A stretch of DNA of 57,098 bases, filler included, from Catajapyx aquilonaris (lineage: Eukaryota): assembly GCA_000934665.2 (NCBI GenBank). It is 3 parts of 3 records of this genome, joined end to end, with 100 filler letters (N's around TTAATTAATTAA, not from the genome) between each part and the next. Parts side by side here need not be neighbours in the genome. Positions count along the whole stretch, not along the records: positions 38,699 to 57,098 come from JYFJ02006707.1; 2 more parts are not named here. One strand, 5' to 3'. Below are positions 50,790 through 57,098 of the stretch, in pieces. A program made the position numbers and the translations under genes. Position 1 is the stretch's first letter; every line of letters starts with the position of its first letter. The notes beneath the pieces were generated by a model. That model ran no database searches and was not told the origin of the DNA. It was given only the letters and a program-made list of their open reading frames with translations.

Positions 50790-51705
50790 TAACACCATGT
50801 ACTGATTCACGTACCGACTTGTGGGGGTATTTTGTGAACAAATAGCATCTACAAGTCAGTACTGTAGAGGGTATTTGAAGTCCAAGTCGGTATATTGTGA
50901 GGTACTATCTTCAAGTCAGTACATTTGAACAATGGGCTGCATACAAGTCATTAACTTTGACAGTATTTGATCACAATATACCACCTCCAAGTAGGTACCA
51001 ATTATACGCCAAATTGTTTCATACCCCCGGGGTATGAAACAAATTGTCGTATAGCACTATACCTAGGTATACGACAAATTGTTTCATACCCCGGGGGTAT
51101 GAAACAATTTGGCGTATATAGTACATGAATCAGATTTAATGAGACGACACGAGATGGATCTGATTCGTGTTTGCAAGCGACGTGGAACCGTTAGAAACCG
51201 TTAAAAACAGTTAGATTTACTTCGTTGGACCAACGAACAATTGTGATGCACTATTTAGAAGTCAGTACTTCGGAACAATGTGCTGTATACAAGTCAGTAC
51301 CGCAGACGGTATTTGTTGATCACAATATACCACATCCAAGTCGGTACATGAATCGGTACAGGAATCAGATTTAATGAGACGACACGAGATGGATCTGATT
51401 CGTGTTTGTAATCGAAGTGTAACTGTGAGAAACCGTTAGAACCGTTAGAAACCGTTAGAACAGTTAGAAACCGTTAGAACTGTTAGAAACAGCTAGAAAC
51501 CGTTAGAAACCGTTAGAACCGTTAGAAACAGCTAGAAACCGTTAGAGCCGTTAGAAAGAGTTGGATTTACTTCGTTAGACCAATGAACAATTGTGATGCA
51601 CTATTTAGAAGTCTGTACATCTGAACAATGGGCTATATACAAGTCATACCATAGACGGTATACAAGTTGATCACAAAATACCATCTCCAAGTCGTTACAT
51701 GAATT
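50790..51705. repeat. Complex tandem repeat (caagtcagtac / gatcacaatataccac / gagacgacacgagatggatctgatt units) with (aaccgttaga)n expansion
   Basis: Near-identical gaatcagatttaatgagacgacacgagatggatctgattcgtgtttg at about 51128 and 51362; aaccgttaga array at 51430-51556. Confidence 0.85.
50998..51121. mobile_element. Doubly palindromic TA-flanked mini-MITE inserted in the tandem repeat
   Basis: Whole element is an inverted repeat (tatacgccaaattgtttcataccc...gggtatgaaacaatttggcgtata) and each half is itself a hairpin; it interrupts ggtacatgaatc of the host unit with a gTAc duplication. Confidence 0.8.
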
Positions 51706-52607
51706 TATTGCAGTGTATACGAACTCGGTATACTGTGTCAAGTTACCCGTACGTACAGTATCTGACAAGTGTTACAAACACTTCAAAACTTCAATAAAAT
51801 TCTCCTCATAAAGATTTCGTGGGTTTACTGAACTATTATGTTTCCGGGAAAGTTGGTACATTGATCCGTGAACTTGCGTTTCCTAGACTGGCAGCAAAAC
51901 CCGTTACAACTCAAGGAACTTACAGGGCTGAGAACTTTTCCATGGCCTGTGAGTTTTCTAAAGAAATCGGACGAATGCCAGAAATGAAGGAAAACGCGAT
52001 TTTCGACACCTTCAACCTTCCAAATATCTGCATAACATCATAATGACATGGGTCGATTCCAATTATGCAATCAGCGTTGAATAAAAATATACATTTTAAT
52101 TTATTAATGTTTAAAACTACATTTATGTACTTAATAACGGTTTATTTCCGAATAAATGAAGTACTATTGATATTTAATACATCGCTTGTATTTCATTGTA
52201 ATGAACGCGTAATGTACTAGGATCTGGCAGGAGCCCATTAATTAAAGGCCGCAATGACCAGATTTAAATGCAATACTCCTGTTTTGTCGTATACACATTA
52301 TCATTAATTCCATTTTTGCGATATGTACACATAAAGAACCAGTTCTATAGGATTACATCCAGTTTTTTCCCAGCACGTTCAGTTCTAAATGAACCTCACG
52401 CATCTTCCTGTAGATATTTCTACCGGAAAGAACATTTTTTGTTGTTTGTTCTTCTTTCTCCAATGTTGAAGATCGATTCTTCTTGGCACGTAGACCTTTG
52501 CTTATTCTTCTAGAGTAGCATTTGGCCAAAAAATCCCAACCTCTCTGCTCTAGCACTATTTTTCCTTAGGATGCAATTGGTCCCACGAAATAATCTTCTA
52601 AATGTTT

Positions 52608-52985
52608 TTAGCTGTTCTAACGGTTGTAACGGTTCTACAGGATTCTAACGATTTTTAACGGGCTCTACGAGCTTCTAACTGTTCTACAGGTTTCTAACGG
52701 TGTTTAACGGTTCTACACTGTTTACGGGCTTATAACGGTTTCTAACGGTTCTATAGGCTTCTGACGGTTTTAACGGTTCTACACTGTTTACAGGCTTCTA
52801 ACGGTTTCTAACGGTTCTATAGGCTTCTAACATTTCCCAATCCACGCAAAATCATGACCATCTAACAAACCGAGCATGATCTGACCTGTTCCACCAAGTG
52901 CAAACAAAGGCGAGAGGAAATCCAGTACAATTCACTTCGCTTGCAAACATGAAGCAGATCCCTCTCGTGTCGTCTCATTAAATCC
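52608..52985 (-). repeat. Inverted copy of the 51128-51560 repeat (right arm of a foldback)
   Basis: (ttctaacggt)n array and cagatccctctcgtgtcgtctcattaaatc, the reverse complement of the left-arm motif. Confidence 0.8.
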
Positions 52986-55061
52986 ACGCCCAAACTTGGG
53001 CATAGAGGGTTTAAAACCCAAGTGGGTTTCCATGCACGGAAACACAGTGGCCTCTGGTGGCAGCTGGAGGAATAATAATTTCCAGGCATGTGTATACGGT
53101 TGCATTGTTCCAGCCTAAGGTTGTATGAGAGTCGAAATTCTGCTATTCTAGAGTTATTTTTTTGCAGAAAGCGCAAACAAGTAGGATTGTGTGCGGTGCA
53201 AACATTTGCCAGTTGGCAAACCGTTCGGTGTCCCCAAAAAATGGTGGTAAAAAAAAAGGTTTTTCCAATTGAACCAACTGAGTTGACAAGATTTTTGGTA
53301 GGTTGCTAGAAGCACAAACTTGATTATATTCGACACAGGATTCCTGGGATTTTAATGTAGAATTTCCAGAAGCCGTTAAAAATATTTCCCACCCTAGCAT
53401 TTGTACATTTCTTTCCGAGTAAACATAATGGTAGGATGTGGGGCGAAATTTTAGAATTTTTAGCAACCCATGCCTCATTATTCATCTTTCTTAGCGCCAT
53501 CTTACGCCAAAATTAATCATTCCCAGCGAAGATTGGAGGCAGACATTTGCAAAAATTACGAAATAATTCTTTCACCCCAGGTTTTTCCTCTTAATTAAAA
53601 TATTCCTCTTCCCGACAGCGATTTACTACAATGCACGTGGTGATTAACGCCACGTTGCAGGTGAGTCCGGAAGGTTCCGGAAATTTTTGCATAATAAACT
53701 ACCTGCGTGCCCTTCATTAAAATGATTTTTTTTTCGCTTCCAGAATCTTTAGAAAAGTATAATGAACAGAAATTTGAACCAGAAAAATAATTCTACAGGA
53801 TGACCACGTGTTTCCACGTAACGGTTGCAACGGTCATAACCGCCATTATTGGGTCTTTCATGACATTAATGGACTTGGGTTCTGCAGGACGACCACGTGT
53901 TTCCACGTAACGGTTGTAACGGTCGTAACGGTCATAACCGCCATTAATGAACTTGGGTTAGTTTTCCTGAATTCTGATAATGACGAGGGTAATGAAGGTG
54001 CGGGAAATGCTGCAACAGAAAAATATTCTGCAGGTAACCACGTGCTTCCTAGGCCTAGTCGCCATTATGTACCCTCATTAACCACGCATATAAATAACGC
54101 TCTAAATCTCATGATTAGCATCAAGCTAATTACTAAAAAGGGAAAAACTACAAAGCTTTGTATTTTGATGCACGGTCTGTTGACAGTCGCATACATAACC
54201 AATAATCGTCCAGGAAAAGAGCGTCATTTGGACACGGCTACAAGCGCCTAAAGTACCTGGACCCAAATTATAATAATTATTATAACCCGCCGGTGTTGCA
54301 TTGTATTCAAATTAACCAGCCCTTTGAGTACTATTGATATCCTATAATTCCTGGTTAGTGGCGGCCGTAAAAGCTCTTCCTTGTCAACCTGGACGTTACA
54401 TCAGTTGTGATGTACTACGTAGTATGTAACAGATGGACATGGCCAGCGTTACATGCTAGATGAAAGGAAATACCAGGGGGTTAAAAACAGCCAGTAAATA
54501 TGAAAGCGTCTGAATAATACTGCAATATCATGACACAAATTGATTTCGCGCCAGTATGAAAAGGTCTCAAAATTTTAATAACTAGCAGACATGCAGTGTG
54601 CTAGTATTACGTTATTGACATTTAATATGGTGAAGACAGATTAATCGATCCGATGGGTAGGATCCGACGTAATTTGAAGAGAAAAATCCCTGAAAGGTTC
54701 CAACCGGTTTTTTTTTCTTTCCCAAATATTTTCTAGGAGCGTTCGATAGAGCCCATTGAAACGCAGCCTGCAGCACTGCTGACCACGTTTCCATCAGGAT
54801 AATAATTAGCGGTTTTCACATATTGGTATTTGTTGGATGAGGGGGGAGCTTGGAGGGGGCTTTGGGAACAGTGTGCGGAAGGGATGGAAGCCACGGAGGT
54901 AACGGTATACATCCGTTTGCACAATTGGACCAATCAGGATGGAACTTGAAAGCTCATTTTATGCGTATCTAGGATTGTGATAGGGCAGTGTCTAATATGA
55001 ATCGTACAGGCTTTCAATAAAGTCAAAATGGACGCGAATTCCTGTAGATTAAAGGTTTGTG

Positions 55062-55490
55062 ACCTCTCACCTCATTAGCCTCATGTTTGAACATGTGTAC
55101 AATTTTACACCTGCATTTTCCAGCCTACCTAATGATACTATCCCTGTCATGCATGCAGTATATGCATCTGTATCAGCTTATTTCTGTATCAGAGTTCTGT
55201 GCACTGTATACATAAGTTGGCAGCTTCTCATCTCATTAGCCTCACCTGTAATTATATAAATTTTACACCTTTAGAAAGCTCATTTACCGGGATTTAAAAT
55301 GATACCTAAATCCCTACCATAGACTCACCACATGTATCTGTATGCGCCTATTTCTGTATCATCTGTACACTGTATATATGAAACGTTGGCGGCTTCTCAC
55401 CTCATTAGCTTCACCTGTAATCACATAAATTTTTACACCTTTAGAAACCGCATTTACCAAGCTATCAAATGATACCTAAAGCTACCATAT
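55062..55490. repeat. About 175-bp tandem repeat, about 2.5 copies
   Basis: ctcattagcYtca..ttttacacct..aatgatacc recurs at about 55071, 55232 and 55401. Confidence 0.8.
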
Positions 55491-56239
55491 ATGCACCATA
55501 TGTAACTCGAAAACTGCATTTCTGGTTCACCACATACCATCAAATTCCCCCATAAAAAGTCAGTCTCACAGCAAACTCTATCTCAAGCCGACCTTTTGCC
55601 TTTTCAATTTAGACCCCCGTCCCCCACCAAACAGAAAATTACAAAATAGTTCAGCAACATTTCTTTTAGGAGATCAGTCTACTGGAAAATTTCCATCCCC
55701 GCTTTATGAGCAGCTACTCCCTCTTTCGAGCTGAGAAGAATTTCTAAGGTTCGGACGCAATATTCAGTTCTTTTTCTTTTATAAAGAAGCCTCCTGCTAA
55801 ACTAAGCAAGCGTAATTCCGGGACAATAAACTCTGAGAAAATCCTTTGGCCACGAAACCTTACCACTTAAACCACTTTCTACGCCACTCTTTTTTTTTGC
55901 GTAAAACTCCGCCATTTTACAGCTCGTAACTCGGGACTTCCCCTTTCTCTCTCCCCATAGGACGTTAAATAATTCATGGGCGATCTTCTATAAGCTGGGG
56001 CAAATTCCCGAATAATTAACGCCCGTTGAGTCGTTTATGTCAAAGGCTCGGCCACGGCCTGATAATCGTGGGCCAGTTGGCCCAGAAACAAAATTGTGGC
56101 CCATGAGGAATTCGGGGGATGTAGAGGGAGTCACAGGGCCGAAAGGAAGTTTTATGGCGACCACACCAGGTCTCGTCATTTTCCGCAACAATGTGTAATG
56201 TTAGTGGACCAATCAGAGAAACACTTTCATCATTACAAA

Positions 56240-56980
56240 CTGTTAAAAACCGTTATTCAACAAGAAGCTTGTTACTTCTCCTTAAAAACCGTTAAATCTG
56301 TCAAAACCGTCATTTATCAACGTGCTTGTTGAATAACCGTTTTTAAAATTTCACATATGAAAATAATATTTTTGTTACTTCACAACGTGTACTTTTGAAA
56401 CCGTTAAAACCCGTAAAAACCGTTAAAAACCGTCATTTATCAAGGAGTTTGTTGAATAACGGTTTTTAACGTTTTTTTTTTAAAAAAAATCACATATGAC
56501 AATAATAACTTTGCAAGGGGTTAGTAACTCCCCAAAAAAGTGTACACCAGATCCTGGAACCGGGAGGTTCCACCCGGTTCCAAGCCGGTTCCACTGGGTT
56601 CCAGGCTGGTTCCAAGCCAGTTCCACCTGGTTCCTTGGCCAGTGTGTACAGCGGTTCCAAGGAGTTGCTAGCCCCTTGTAACTTTGTTACATCTCAACGT
56701 GTAGAGCACTTTTTAAATCCTTAAAAGCACTTGAAACCGTTACTCAACAAGCTCCTTGTTAAATGATGATTAAATTAAACTAACGCTTAAAGAAGTACAC
56801 GGTGTGAAGTAACAAAAAAATAATATCGTATTTTCATATGTTAAATTTTTAAACCCGTTAAAAACCGTTATTCAACAAGCTCCTTGATAAATGGCGGGTT
56901 TTAACCGTTTTAACCGTTTTTAACGATTAAAGAAGTACATGGCGTGAAGTAACAAAAAATTATTTTCATATATGAAATTT
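56240..56980. repeat. Nested foldback (long inverted repeat) with aaaaccgtta subrepeats and a central ggttcca array
   Basis: 56346-56500 is the approximate reverse complement of 56825-56980; inner IR 56511-56531 / 56661-56681 (18/21). Confidence 0.85.
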
Positions 56981-57098
56981 CCATGGGAATTTGTGCTAAT
57001 GTGTGCCGGTCATTGACCTCTACTACCACCTTCCCCCTCCTAATTAGCGACTTCCTGTTCCCTCCCCCGGTCTACACTCCCCTCGCTTCCTGCTCCCA

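Noticed and set aside
38739..56993. 12-bp inverted match (caaattcccatg / catgggaatttg) near both ends of segment 3, as termini of a giant element
   Set aside because: Too short, the flanks do not extend the match, and no transposase or polymerase ORF lies between

Overview
Eukaryotic (invertebrate, most likely arthropod) draft genomic DNA, not prokaryotic. Two identical 100-nt spacers (44 N + TTAATTAATTAA + 44 N at 20075-20174 and 38599-38698) indicate three concatenated scaffolds, so adjacency across them cannot be trusted. Segment 1 (1-20074) has no recognisable protein gene. It looks like a long intron or regulatory landscape, with four perfect CRE sites, a candidate minus-strand CRE-TATA promoter, one candidate minus-strand exon and tandem/foldback repeats. 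Segment 2 (20175-38598) holds two intron-containing plus-strand genes that I could splice by hand with consistent phases. One is the meiotic crossover cyclin-like gene CNTD1/COSA-1 (3 coding exons seen, about 301 aa from Met 22894). The other is a 12-exon gene for a secreted protein of about 958 aa made of a signal peptide plus seven CUB domains. Segment 3 (38699-57098) is essentially repeats: tRNA-derived SINEs, TA-flanked palindromic MITEs, a non-autonomous Helitron, minisatellites and large foldbacks built from a TAACGG motif. I found no CRISPR array, rRNA or clear novel multi-gene system. The most interesting items are the seven-CUB protein (covarying extra disulfide, basic linkers with RGD, possible 5-CUB isoform) and the set of tiny hairpin MITEs.
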